The translations under genes were made by a program, and so were the position numbers. From Eledone cirrhosa (Eukaryota), in the NCBI GenBank assembly GCA_964016885.1, contig OZ024742.1, positions 127,534,001 through 127,598,000 on the forward strand: DNA of 64,000 nucleotides. The letters run 5' to 3'. The notes under the pieces are model-generated. The model worked only from the letters and a program-made list of their open reading frames with translations. It did not search any database and was not told the DNA's origin. Within the stretch, counting starts at the first letter, position 1; each line of letters begins with the position of its first letter. Below, in pieces: positions 49,301 to 62,720 of the stretch.

Positions 49301-52300
49301 TAGCTGGACACGAGAGTTATAAGGTCATTTTCTAACAGATGTTGAAGCTGGAGAAAAGTGTTATAAAGTCATTTTCTCCACTAAAACAGGGGTTAGCCTT
49401 GTGGGCTTCATACTCACCATGGAGTCCTTTTTAAGGCAACATTTTACAGCCTTTCCTGATATGAACCCTTTTTTTGTGTTATGACATGGATATTCTAACC
49501 CAGATTGAAGTTGAACATCAAATATCTAAATTTCACCTGTCTCAGGAGTCCTACAAACCTGATTTATTATCATTTAACATTCATGTTCCTTACTAACAAG
49601 AGTTGGACTGGTCTTTACAGACTGCTACAAGGGTTCAAGAGTATCTCAGGAGTGATACTGGAAGGGGGATTAGGGAGTGGAAGGTGTAGGGACATGGGGA
49701 TGTTGGTGGTTGGGTCTTCACCAGTACAGCATAGCACCAGCCCTCAGTCCTTTGTCACTACAGCATAGCACCAGCCCTCACAGTCCTTTGTCATCACAGC
49801 ATAGCACCAGCACTCGCTGCCCTTTGTCAGTACAGTATAGTGCCAGCCCTCTTGGTCCATTGTCAATTCTTTGAATAATTCTTAAAATAAAAAAGAAAAG
49901 CTTGAACAACCTATTATATTAGTTGTATTAGAAATGTCTTTCCAAGCAGAGTTTCTCCCTTTTCTGTATCAAATTGTTAACTTATTCATAATTGATGTAA
50001 TGTTCTTTATTAGAGAAAATGCTTATTGATTGCTGTTAAATTACATTAAAAGAAATTGAAGAAGCATAAACAGCCTAATGTAATAATTAAAAACTCATAA
50101 AATAACATTGAATGTACTATATAGTAGATTTTTGCAAAAACAAATTAACTTCATACCTTAAGGTTGAATATTGAAATGAGAAAAATAACTCCAAATAAAA
50201 AACCGGTTGAAAGACGTGTAATTATTCTGAAATTAAAGGAAAATATGCAAAGAAAGTTATAAAACACATTTACTACAAAACTTGAGAAAAACAGATTTAT
50301 TCAATACTAGCTGAGGTACCCAGCTTAACCTGGGTAAACAGATGATAAGAGAAGATCGGTGGAAGAGAAAACGACTATTACATGCGTTGTCTGGTTGCAG
50401 CATGCATATCTACACATATCTGGTTGTGCATATCTACACATGTTACATCTGGTTTGGTGTTTACACTTAAGAATAAAACTTGTTAAAATTGAAGTCTTTG
50501 CATTGCCCTTTCGAGGTAGATAAAGTACCAGTCCACATTGGTAGATTTGTTGAATTAGATGCTTTGAAGTATCTATTCTAGCTCTTTGTATTTCACAGAT
50601 AAAATTCCACCTAGATACTAATGGCCAGAGTTAATCACTCAACCATAGTAGCACTCTGTCCAACCTATAATTGGCCAGCATGGACAGGTAACTACATTCT
50701 GGTGCCATGATATGAAACATCCAGTCCACACTAATGTGGCTGGTATTAGGAAGGGCATCCAAGCCCCCAAAACAGATCTGTATGAGCAAGACATGGTTAT
50801 TTGACCTGACTAGTCTCATAACGTGACAGTCTGTCTAACCCATAGACGTTAGATGATGATGATTTGCATTATTTCAAAGTGGCTTGTACTACTTTTCTAT
50901 TTACATAATGGCAATGCCTGCAATACATTAGTCTTAAAATAAAATATATTTGTAATTCAATGTAATATTAAAAAAAGCAAGTACTTATTAAAATAAAATA
51001 ATTAATTTTCAACTACACCAATATAATATTTGTAAACTTTGTAGTATACAATTATGGTAATTAAAAGTGATATTAACATAGTATGGTTCATCAAAGTGTT
51101 GTATATAGAAGCATATTTGATATCTTCTCCTCTCATTTGACCACTTATTCCTGAGAAGGTCCTCAAACACTCCCCCCAGCAGCTCCTGTCAGAAGCAACC
51201 ATCTCCAGCTGATCTGGCTGGATCCCCAAGTTCGTGATTTTATCCAGCCATCTGGCTCTTCTGCTTGTTGGTTTTGTCCAGCGACTCTTTTGCGAGACAG
51301 TTTAACCACATGCCCATAATATCGGTGCTGTGATCTCTCAATTCAGAGAAGTAGTGGCTCTACCTGGAGTGACTCACTGATCTCTGAGCTACACTCTATC
51401 GAGTGACATTACTCAATAGACCATACGGAGGAACCCCATTTGTATTCACGGTCATATTATTTCAGTCATGACCATACATAAGGGTTAGCATGAATACTGA
51501 ATTGAAGATAGTGAGTTTGGCTTTTACACCTATGTCCCTTCCTCTGATTACCAAATGCAGAAGCTGGTACATTAATTACAGTACCAGCTCCTGCAATTCT
51601 TGCACTTAATTCAGCCTCTTTCCTTCCATCACTCATGAACACAACCCTGAGATACTTGAACTTCTCTACCTGCTTCAGTGGAACTCCATTCCCATGTAGA
51701 GTGCACTGCGCAGGCTTCCATGAGAAGACGAGTGTCTCAGTTTTCGTAGCACTGATTTTCATTCCAGCCATGCAGCACTCGGCATCAAACCTATCAAGTA
51801 CAAGTCGGAGATCTGCTTCTGTTGAGTTAAGTGACATCATGTTGTTTGCAAATTCCAGCCAACTGATTTTACACCTGCCAATCATGATACCACTTCCAGC
51901 CCAGCTGCGCATGACAATAATGAACAGGAGAGGTGACAGTACGCACCCTTGGTGAGCCCAACTCCCACATTAAATGGTTTCGATTTAGCACCATTTATCT
52001 GAACACATATACTTGGGTATTTGTATAGAGACATCAGGGCAGTAAGAAGCTGACCATCAACCCCATACTCATGCAGAACCTTACACAACAGGTCCTGAGG
52101 AATGCGATCATAGGCCTTTTCGAGGTAAACAAAACATGAATATACCTCTTGGTGATACTTGCACTATTTCTTAAAGACCTGCCAGTGTGAATATTTGGTC
52201 GGTTGTGCTGCGTCCAGGGCAAAAACAACACTATTCATCAGCTAGCTCTCTACATCTCTTTGCCAGACACTTAGCATAGACTTTACTGGGGAGGCTTAAC

Positions 52301-55300
52301 AAGGAGATCCCTCTATAATTGGAACAATCTCTCTTGTATCCCTTTTTGAAAATTGGGATTATCACTCCTGATTGCCATTGCTTAGGTGCCTTTCCAGAGA
52401 TCCAGACCACTCAGCACACAGAAGTCAGCCAGAGAATACCTCCTCTATTTAAGGCTTTTAACATCTCAAGCTCTTTAACTGCTCTTGTGACCTCAGCCTC
52501 TGCGAGATTAATCACAGCTCCCAGATGCACCTCATACATCCTGATGGGAGACTTCAATGCACATGTTGGTACTGACCACCTGATATGGAAAGGAGTGGTT
52601 GGAAGGAAAGGCGACCCCGATCTAAATATGGAGAGGCCTTATTAGACTTCTGTTCTAGCAATGGACTCTCTATTAAGTTTCAGTATAGAGACATCCATAA
52701 ATATATATGATGTAAGGGGAATCAGAGACAGAGATCAATAATTGATTTTGTTCCTGTATCTGATCTCTTCGATTCTGTGCTGGATGTTAATGTTAAGGGA
52801 AGGGCTGAGCTGTCAACTGATCACCATGAAGCTTGGTGTGGTGCCAGATGGCAGGAGGACCCCTTGGTTCAATCAAGAGGTCAAAGATGCCATTCAAACA
52901 AAGAAGGCCTACAAAGCTTGGTTTGGAAATAAATCCTCCTTTTCGCACTTGCGGTACAAGTATGCACAAAGAATCACGGCAGAGACAGTAAAAGTGTCCG
53001 AAGTTAAGGCAAGAGAGGACTTTGGGGTTAAGCTGGAATTCGACCTCAGACCAGCAAATAAAATGTTCTGGCAGACCATCCACCGACTTTGTAATAAGAC
53101 TTCTCCTCTCTTCAGAGAGGTGCATCCTTGCGAGGTGGAGAGAATACTTTACTGATCTCCTAAACCCACATATTTAATATGTTTATATATAATAACTATA
53201 CAAGAGTCTCACTATGAATTTTTTAAAAGCTGTGATCATGTCACATCTCAGTAGCAGTGACAGATAGCTATTTCTGGATTTGTATCCATCATCAGTGACA
53301 TTTACCCACTCACTACTGAAATAAAATAGACTAAAGTCTATATGGTTTTTGTGTATGAAATATTGGCTGGGTATGCTCATTTGCATATAACGCAAACATG
53401 ACTGGGTAATTACAAGTGGCACTAACATAGCATGGTTCACTATAGGAGGGTAAGATTTCAGAAGTCTGTCCAACTGTTAACCAACACTAAAACAAAACAA
53501 ATCTTATAGCGATTCATTCATGGAAGTCTTTTAAGACTAAACATTTTGAGTAAAACACTACATTTTAATTCTTTATATGCATTGTTTCAGCTTCTAATCA
53601 TTTATAGTTATTATATTGTCACAATGCTTTCAAAAACTGTCATGAGACACAATTCATATAGCCAGAGTATCGCATTAAAGATATAATAAAGGGTGAAGGG
53701 AAATTCTACTAAAGGATTGTATAAAAATTGTCGATTTTGATAGCATGTATACACTTTTAATAACAAATAAATTTTACTTTTGACAAATTTCTGTTTGGCA
53801 TTTGTGAGGTACACAACTGTCACTTTTCTGTTGAAGCAATATGGAGTGAATAATTCCACAAACTGAAATTAAAAGAAAGAAAATATTCAATAGACATAAA
53901 AACAAATGGGTGTAGGAATGATTGTGTGGTTAGGGAGTTTGCTTCACAATGACACGGTCTGGGGTTCAGTCCTACTTCAAGACCACCTTAGGCAAGTGAT
54001 TTTGGTTATAGCTCCAGGCAGACCATGGCCTCTGAGTGAAAATTGATTGATAGAAATGTGTGGAAGCCCATCCTATATAAGTGTGTGTGTGGAAGCCCAT
54101 ACTGTGTGTGTGTCCATATCCACATATTGTGTGTGTTTGTCTACATATATTTACTGTGTGGTGGCCCATCTTATATGTGTGTATGTATCCACACATGTTT
54201 ACTGTGTGGCAGCCCATGCTATATGTGTATGTCCATATGTCTACTGTATGGAAGCTCTTCCTGTGTGTGTGTCTACATATGTTTACTGTGTGGTGGTCCA
54301 TCCTATATATGTTTGTCCACATATATTTACTGTTTATGTCCAACAATTTTGCAGTTTGACAAAAAGGAGACTGATAAAATAAGAACCAGCCTTGAAAAAA
54401 TAAATACTAGGGTTGATTAAATCTCTTCAAGGCAGTACTCCAGCATGGCCACAGTCTAAAACCAGTAAAAGAATAAGCATCAATATTGGTAATTCTTTTG
54501 ATGTTAGCATGAAGACAAAATGTGTGATATGTGTGTAAATGTGCGATATGTGTGTAAAAAATTATCAAGAAAATATTTTGACTTTTACTGGTTTTAGTCA
54601 TTGGACTACAGCCATGCTGGGACACCACCTTCAAGTTTAACTGATCGTATGGACTCTCGTATATATTTTTATCAAATCACCAAATTAGGCTAAGGATATA
54701 AAGGGACGTAACTCAACTCATCAATTTACACTGGCACACACACACACACTCCTTTATTTCCATCATACTTTGCAATGGCTTTCTAAAACACCTTTAACTC
54801 TATTTCACAATAAATCACACCACTCTAGTATAGAAACTGGAGAGAAAGTATTCAGTGTTTGTAGTAAAGTTTAGTTATATATTTGAAGCTGAGGATATCC
54901 TCTGTTGCTACTCAGAGTTTCTTGCTATGTGCAATCCTTCAAGCAAAAGAGAAAAAAATGAAACAAGGAGCTTGGTTGGGAATTTTCAGAATAAAAGGAT
55001 GATGGTAACTGAATTATTTGCTCTTTATTGGTCGGCAATGGTGAGTAGGAAAGAGAGAAAGATTTAATTAATTCTAGATCTTATGAATTAAAATAAATTT
55101 GGCTCCTGAATATTTTGTCATGGAACCCATACCTAGATTTTATAGACAATCCCCACCACCCTAATTTTAATAAATGATACAGAAATTATAATAAATTTTT
55201 ACAAAATTTTATTAAGACACCTTGCCTTGCAGAGTTCCAGAATATTTTGGTGGAATCCATTTGAGTGAATATTGACATAGATTGCTATTAACTTTGGAGG

Positions 55301-58300
55301 AATAAAAAAACAACAATAAACTCAAGGTTATGATGTACCAAATTTAGATTCTCCACAATCCTGTACTATTTACACAAGATAAAACAAAACCTGTGATACT
55401 AGAAATAACAACCAAATTCCCCTCAAATCAAACCCTATCATTTTTTAACAAGAAAGCACACATTGGAATTGAACAATGTAGTTTCTGATATACAAAAAGA
55501 CAGCATGTTCCTAGCTGGAAAACTTTTAATCACGCATCTTGATCATGGCTGACCTATGGCTGAACAACAATGTAATGTTGTAGAATGAGTTACACATCTC
55601 ACCAAAAGTTTAAAAATAAAATATTTACATGAAATAAGTGTCTAAATATGATTTACTCACTGATATCATTTAGAGCAGTTCCTAAAGTCAGGTAAGAAAC
55701 AGATACACTAATCATAATAAAGACTTCAATGATTTTGGATACCCAGGAAAATTCTTGATGTATTAACTGAAATAAAGATGAAAAGGTTTTGTTGGAATGG
55801 AAAAAAAATTTACTCTGCATTTGTGAGATAATTAAGTGAATCAATGAAGGAGGAATTCTTATGGAAAAAGCTAAAGATTGTATCAATTCGCCAACAATTG
55901 AAGCGAGTTTGACACAGATAGTGCAATGCTAACTGCCACTGAAGGATTTAATAAAAGAAAAACCCCAGAAAGTTCACAATATTCAATTAAGGAAGCATTT
56001 AAAAGTCTCATTGATTTGAATGTTGCCCAGATATGTGCCAAATAAAAAAGTATCTGAGCTCTAGGTTGCAGGAAAATGATCTAGGATGACTTTGCCAAAT
56101 GGAAAACTCCTCAATATATCTTATGGATTACAGTCTCTTGTTTAATTGTCAACCTAAATCCGCTAGTGTTGAATGTGAAATTTTATATTGCAACAATGTA
56201 TATGTAAATAATTCTAATTTGATGTCGATCTTTTTAATGAATAATAAAGATCTTGAGTTAAAATTTATATCTTTAGGTCTATATATCTTTAGTACTGGCT
56301 TTGTCTATATAGACCCATCCAACCTCTGCTAGCAAGGAAAGCAGATGTGAAATGATAATGATGACTGAATTCAGTAAATAATATTTTAAATAAATCAATA
56401 TATGAATTTACTCATGTGTGCAATTAACAGATTCATTTGTTTAATTGTTTGTAATTAGCTGCATTTGTCAATGAGTAATTAGACTTTACTCACACAAGGA
56501 GCATGTGTTTCTTTAAAACATACCTATGGTAATATTTGAGTTCAAGAAACCACTGCTTACAGCCAAATATTACAATATAACCAGCCATAAATCTAACACG
56601 GTATGAAAATTGACAATGAGACGAGTTTGAGACTCCAAAATTGTGTTCTTACTATGACTCGTTGCATCTTTATAAACTCAGAAGAACCATGGAAAATAGA
56701 CAAGAAAAAATAAGCTATTTTGAAATTTTAAACAAAGGTTTTTGTTTCATGTAGAGAGGTGAATTAGGCTTAAGCTTACCTTCACTAAAGGCGTTGTTGA
56801 TATTTCACCATTTCTTTCAGCTCTGTATCAGAATCAGAACAAATAGATTGATAAATATTTCTTTCTTTTTACCAATTACTAAAACTTTACATATTTTAAC
56901 CCTTTAGCATTTACATTACTCTATATTTACTCTTGTATTTTTGTGGTAAAGGCTTTACCTCACATAATTATCTCACATAAGATCGAATCAATGAGATTTT
57001 GATGTTATTTATTTTGAGAATAATACCTTATCAGTATGAGTGGCTGGTTACAGCTGGTTTGAACAGAAAGACGTGAGAGAATTCTAGCCAGATATGGCTG
57101 GTTTAAATGCTAAAGGGTTAAGGAATGTTAAGTGATTATTGATATTGCTTAGTGCCAAGTCAGCCATGACTGAGCAGACCTATGATGAAAAGTATTCTAG
57201 CCATGACTATACCATCTTTTAGTCTATATATGGCATGGACGCAGGCATAGTTGAATGGTTAAGAAGTTGGCTTCACAATTACATAGTCCTGGGTTTCATC
57301 TCACTGTATGTCTTCATCATAGACTTGTGAATAAGAGTTGACAGAAACAGTGTGGAAGCCCATTAGATTTATTGTACATGTAATTCAGAAGTCCAGTCAG
57401 GTCACATATTGTGTCATGCTGATTTGGCTTAGAAATTACATCAAAGGCCCATGTGAAATAAATACTCAGTCACATACATGATAATTCCTGAGTTGAGTGT
57501 TCAGTTAATTGAACAACTAAATGTTCGTTATTAAAATTATTGGAGAATCCATCATATATACAGGACATTGTTCAACGTGACCTTCCATTTTAAAAATGGT
57601 AGAGAGTGATTTGAGGGAATTTGGCTGCTATTTTTCATTAGATAGAATGACCATATGGATACACTTTGGTTGACTAGAGGAATGATAAGTAAGATGCTGT
57701 CATCAAAATTTGTTTCCATCACAACATTAACAGTATAGATAGAGTAAAATGACTTTAAACAGAAATTGAAATTAGTTTGTAAACTTAACTAGGAAATTAT
57801 TTCTAGTTTTTCAGTAGTTATGACATTTATCCTTGAGTTGTGAGTTTTGATAAATAACGTACCAGTTTATGGCAGTGGAATGGGCCAACAGACCTGTTAG
57901 AGTGTTGGATATGATGCCTTGTGTGGTAGACTTAATTGCCCATCTGGTTTAATATCATCACCTCGTCCTTGGGAGAGGGCATAGTTAATTTAAATATTAG
58001 TACTTGGCTGGTACTTTATATTAAAGACCATGGACGGTGGCAGAATTCAAACTCAGAACATACAGGGCTGCAACTAAATACAGGACGGACATACAAGGCA
58101 TTTTGTCCAACTGTAAAATGATTCTGATAACTATTGACAAGCCAATGAAGTGGGGGCTCTCTACATGGTTGCTTGTTCTACTAGAAATAGCAACAAAAGA
58201 AAGACATGTTGGGTATTATAATCCTAGACATACTATGTCAGAAAAAGAAAAGAAAGAAAAGAAAAATAACAGGTGTGTCCCAGCTGGAATACTTTTGATT

Positions 58301-61300
58301 ATACACATGCTTAGTAATGGCTGATCTGAGACTAATCGATAACAACAATATTCTTTCTAACATAGGCACAAGGCCTATGTGCTACATTTCTATACTGCTG
58401 TTGTTATTGTTTTGTTAGACAGTTATGTTTTATGAACTTGCCAATCAAATGTTTTAGAATATACAATGTCTTTCATTCAAGAAATAGCCAATCAAATGCT
58501 TATGAACAGGGGCATGCAACAGGCGGCCCATGGGCCACAATCCGGCCTGCCAGACCAGTGAGAGTGGCCCACTATGACTGTTTTTAATTTTTACCTTGTA
58601 GGCTTATTTAGAATGTTTTTCATAAATGCAATAAAATTTTCTGTTAGTTGACCTATAACTAAAGGGCTTCACTGATAGGGTTATGTGTGTTATAATTTCC
58701 CAGTTCCATGTTATGGAAAAAAGTTGTGGTGAATCTTTGGAATAGCTTAGTTGTTCCAATGTTCAAAAGTGGCCCGCCGATGGAATATGTTGCATACCCC
58801 TGCTTTAGAATATACAATTGTCTTTCATTCAAGAAATATCCAATCAAATGCTTTAGAATATACAATATGTCTTTCATTCAAGAAATAGCCAATGGTCTGG
58901 TTTTATTGCTGATGCGGAAAGATTCTAGTAAATTGGGAGAGAGAGAGAGTGCACTTACCTTTGCAAAGATATATGAGAACTACAATAGTCGGGATTTGTC
59001 AAAGTATGATTGTACACTATATACTGAGATAGCTTATCTGAATTGCTGCAGATATCAAGTTGAGGCACAATTTCTAGAACTGACCAACACCTAAATGGCA
59101 TAAGGAAAATAATTAATAATACTACAGTGAAAACGAGGTCATTAATGGAAGTCAAAATATGACTTAGACAAGGGTTAAAAAGCAGCACATATGTGGGAGA
59201 AAGAAAGTTACCCGTAGATCAGAAACCTGGCCTGAATGCTTGCAACAGAGTCTATTCTGTTAAAGACATTTAAAGAGCAGGTAGTGGAGTCATACATGTT
59301 AAATTAACTTGTAAATGGCTGAGTATTCCACATACAAGTGTACCTTTAATGTAATTCTTAGGCTGAATCAGTGACATATGTGGATACAGATCCATCCAAT
59401 GGGTTTTCTGAGAAATATTCTGCAATGCAAATGGTACTAAACTATCATTGTTTTAGACAATAGAACTATAACAAGGTACCATGATAGGAATAGTACACAG
59501 CTGTAAACAGTGACAGTATTGTAACAATAACAAGCATTGTGTTAGTTTCTAATATTTAGTTCAGTATCTGCTATGGGTTTGTAGAGGGCAAGTGGAAAAC
59601 TTGAATCACATCAGGAAGAAACTGGTCTCCCAAAATGCCAATGGATTATTCTTCTAATTATCATCAACATAAATCTAAAAGCAGATTAATCTTTAGCACA
59701 CTAGACATTTTTATGAATTGCTTCCCTTGACACTGCATTATGTATTAAGGGGAGATTACTCTATTGGTGACATAATGTGCCTATAGTGGTCAGAAGGTTA
59801 AAGTGGAAGGCAGGTCAATACGATTTATTAAATAATTGTTTCTACTTTAGGCACAAGGCCAGCAATTTGAAGGGGAGGGGAAAGTCAATGAAATTAACCC
59901 CAGTACATGACTGGTGCTTTATTTTATCAACCCAGTAAGGATGAAAGGCAAAGCTAACTTTGGCAAGATTTGAACTTAGAACATAAAAGGCCATAACTCT
60001 ATTCCATGAAGCATGTTTGACGCTCTACTGATTCTGTCAATCCACTGCCCAAGCAATAATAATAATAATGATTTCTTTATTAGCCACACAGGGCTCACAT
60101 TAAGGAAACATTAAAGACAATACAGGATGGTACAGTGTAGGTTTTTCTTACCAAAGAATGTTTAAGATTGTACAAGTGGTCAGTGCAGCAAGTATAGCTA
60201 ATAGATATTTCTTGATCTGAAGGAAAAGAAATACTTTGTAAATATTTGAGAAAACAACTTCCAAACTGTATGTAGATATTGATCAAGGATTTAAATTAGA
60301 ATTACTTAGTCATTGGAACTATAGAAACAGTTGCCTTGAGAAACAACAACAATAACACTCCTATACATACTATCACCACCATTAGTGGGAGTACCTGCAT
60401 GGTCATTGAACTTGTTAGAAATGTGTGTGTGTGTGTGTAAAGGCATGTGGCTTTAGGTTTAAGGTGTTTGGATCATGATTGTAAAATTGTGAGTTCAATT
60501 CTTGGTAGTTCATTGTGTCCTAGAGCAAGACACTTTATTTTCACTTTGCCAGCAAAAATGGGTTTTTACGGCTGCCAGATGCCCTTCCTAATGCCAAAGA
60601 TGTTTACTGTGTGGGACTGGGTGGTCTCATTCATGAGGTTAGTCAGGCCAGTTGGCCACGTCGTACCTAGCTCACACTGGACCACATTTCAACTGCTCTA
60701 TGTCCTTCCTAAACATCAACCCCATTTACAGTGTCATCCCATTATGAGGTAGGTCTGGTCATTTGGCCACATCATGGTGGGACCTGTGTTTTGGCTGAGA
60801 TTTTTAGGGTTACTGGATGCCTTTCCTAACACCAACACTTTACAGCATGGACTGGGTGCATTATTTGTGCCACCAGCACTAGAGAGGTTGTCTTACTGGA
60901 CTCACAATTCCTCTCCACCCTATATCAATTTTTATTTGGAGTGTTTACTCTCCTAGACGGGTTGCCTTCACCTCAGCTTACATAACCCTATGTCTGCCCT
61001 GTGCAGCCATTTATCGGAGTCACTGCCCTCATAGGCAAGTTGCCTTCACTATGGTTTACAAAGTCCGCGTCAGTCCCATGCAGTCGTTTTTAATCGGAGC
61101 CATTGCCCTCCTAGACAGGTTACCTTCACTACAGCTCCTGGAGTCCATGTTTTATCTGTGATCATAATCTTACTTTACTCGGGGAAGCAGTGGACCATGG
61201 GGTAGCAATCGACTTTGGCGGTATGACAGGGTAGGAGAATGAGGAAAGCAATGGACAGGGAGATGTGGAGATGAGGGGACTGCAAGGCAATGTCAGCTAA

Positions 61301-61622
61301 AATGGCCAACCGGAAGGTGGTGGATAATAATAATAATTGTTTCTACTTTTGGCACAAGGCCAGCAATTATCCCAGTGCATTACTGGTACTTTATTTTATC
61401 GACCCCGTAAGGATGAAAGGCAAAGTTAACCTCGGCAGGATTTGAACTCAGAATGGCAAGGGCCGTAACTATGCATCAAAGCATGGCATCCGACCCTCTA
61501 CAGGTACTGCTAATCCACCGCCTTATTGGTGGATAATAATAATAATAATAACAACAATATCACCTGTGTTTTATTTTGTGCAATATTCCTATAAAGAAAT
61601 GGCATCACATTTGGAGTTCCAC
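46400..61622 (-). CDS. Multi-pass amino-acid permease-like protein (Trp/Tyr permease / Aa_trans-like); 3' nine exons, 5' part probably beyond the window
   Basis: Phase-consistent GT-AG exons: 61564-61622 (GTPNVMPFLYRNIAQNKTQ), 60152-60216 (IKKYLLAILAALTTCTILNILW), 58959-59090 (CWSVLEIVPQ...ISLQR), 56780-56822 (AERNGEISTTPLVK), 55661-55766 (LIHQEFSWVSKIIEVFIMISVSVSYLTLGTALNDI), 53778-53862 (CGIIHSILL...), 50157-50226 (IITRLSTGFLFGVIFLISIFNLK), 47880-47977 (SFVTVMEKVSSFTTN...), 46400-46553 (HAEIPLPVPKW...YFGFAIIYDG...*). About 270 codons with several hydrophobic helices. Family call is from motif recall only. Confidence 0.82.
49725..49865. repeat. ~35-bp tandem repeat
   Basis: CAGCATAGCACCAGCCCTCAGTCCTTTGTCA, about four copies. 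Confidence 0.85.
51124..53168 (-). mobile_element. RTE-family LINE with inverted 5' segment
   Basis: Minus-strand RT at 51124-~52535 (GMKISATKTE, LKQVEKFKYL); plus-strand APE/linker at ~52535-53168 (ILMGDFNAHVG, TPWFNQEVKDAI, KMFWQTI). Candidate TSD CATATTT(G/A)ATAT. Confidence 0.85.
53905..54475 (+). mobile_element. tRNA-derived SINE with internal tandem expansion
   Basis: tRNA-like head GTGTGGTTAGGGAGTTTGCTTC..GGGTTCAGTCC, repeated TACTGTGTGG..CCCAT..TGTGTGT units, and tail TCAAGGCAGTACTCCAGCATGGCCACAGTC. Confidence 0.65.
56900..57117. mobile_element. piggyBac-like MITE, full copy
   Basis: Same TIRs and TTAA flanks as 12113-12309. Confidence 0.85.
58507..58802. mobile_element. hAT-type MITE inserted in a ~48-bp tandem repeat
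   Basis: TIRs CAGGGG(C/T)ATGCAACA; 8-bp flanks CTTATGAA / CTTTAGAA; GGCCC subterminal motifs. Confidence 0.8.
59835..60052 (-). mobile_element. tRNA-derived SINE
   Basis: Same family as 14007-14192, more diverged. Confidence 0.75.
61338..61525 (-). mobile_element. tRNA-derived SINE with clear TSD
   Basis: Flanked by GGTGGATAATAATAATAAT on both sides; a truncated copy at ~61732-61845 is flanked by AAATGTTAGAAAATAAT. Confidence 0.85.
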
Positions 61623-61979
61623 CTGAAATGAAGAATAAAAATATAAAAGAATGAAGAACAAAAGTTTTTTGTGAAACATAGCAAAGATTTGACTTAAATA
61701 CTATCAAGAATCATAAATGTTAGAAAATAATTGTTTCTATTTTTGGCACAAGGCCAGCAATTATCCCAGTGCATTACTAGTACTTTATTTTATCGACCCC
61801 GTAAGGATGAAAGGCAAAGTTAACATTGGCAGGATTTGAACTCAGGCCATTAATTTCAACGCAGACCATTAAACTCAGACATTAAATGTTAGAAAATAAT
61901 GCTACAAATGTTTGAACATAAATTTCCATAACCATTCCTTTATGAAAAATTGTAAGGAAATTCTTTGTTTAGAGTTTAT

Positions 61980-62150
61980 GATCTTCACATAGTCAAAGGT
62001 CTTCACATAATCTATGAGTTTCACATAGTCAAAGGTCTTCACATAATCTATGAGTTTCACATAGTCATGACCATCAAATAGTGCATGACCTTCTCATAGT
62101 TCAAATAGTTCAAGACCTACATATAGTCCTTGAACTTCACATAGTCCACT
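61980..62150. repeat. 18/36-bp tandem repeat
   Basis: TTCACATAGTCAAAGGTC / TTCACATAATCTATGAGT units that decay to the right. Confidence 0.8.
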
Positions 62151-62339
62151 GGATTAACTGCTTTCGCCAACTGGTTAACTGTATTGTTTTTATTTTCCTA
62201 AGAAATGGATTAGCTTATATTATTAGAGTTATCTCCCTTTATAAATTTTCAACAGCTGTTTTTTTTTAGTTTTTTTTTAAGAAAGGACAATCTCAGTTAA
62301 TATTAGTTTTATAACTCACTGTCACATTTGTGTGACTAT

Positions 62340-62720
62340 CATTTATAGATTTATTATTTTGAATCAGAGTAGAGAGGGAAGTGCTCTCTTCCCAGCATTT
62401 TGTTGAAAGATGGGTGAGAGAAGCAAGAATGGCCCGAGTGAATGGGCCTACTCTGAGTATATATCTGTAAATTAAAGGTGGAAAACTGGGAGAGGGCACT
62501 TGCCTTGGTGGTCAGGGTCATTGTGGCCTTTTACTGGGCTTTCTCCACAAATGTCCCTCCGAAGTCTCCCCCCTATTGGGGAATTTTTCATTGTTATTTT
62601 TTGTTACATCCTCTGTTTTTGTTTTTTACACGCAGAAATGCCCATTTGTACCGTCCTGTATTGTCCTGCACTGTCCTTAATGTCTACTTTATGTAAACCC
62701 TTGTGGTTAATAAAGAAATC
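62340..62720 (+). mobile_element. Probable L1/Tx1-like LINE 3' end
   Basis: C-terminal-like RVEREVLSSQHFVERWVREARMARV, followed by a T-rich UTR ending AATAAAG. Confidence 0.4.

Noticed and set aside
49725-49865. CRISPR-like regular repeats here and at 18150-18300, 20790-21180 and 54060-54340
   Set aside because: No unique spacers, eukaryotic context and no cas genes; these are ordinary minisatellites.
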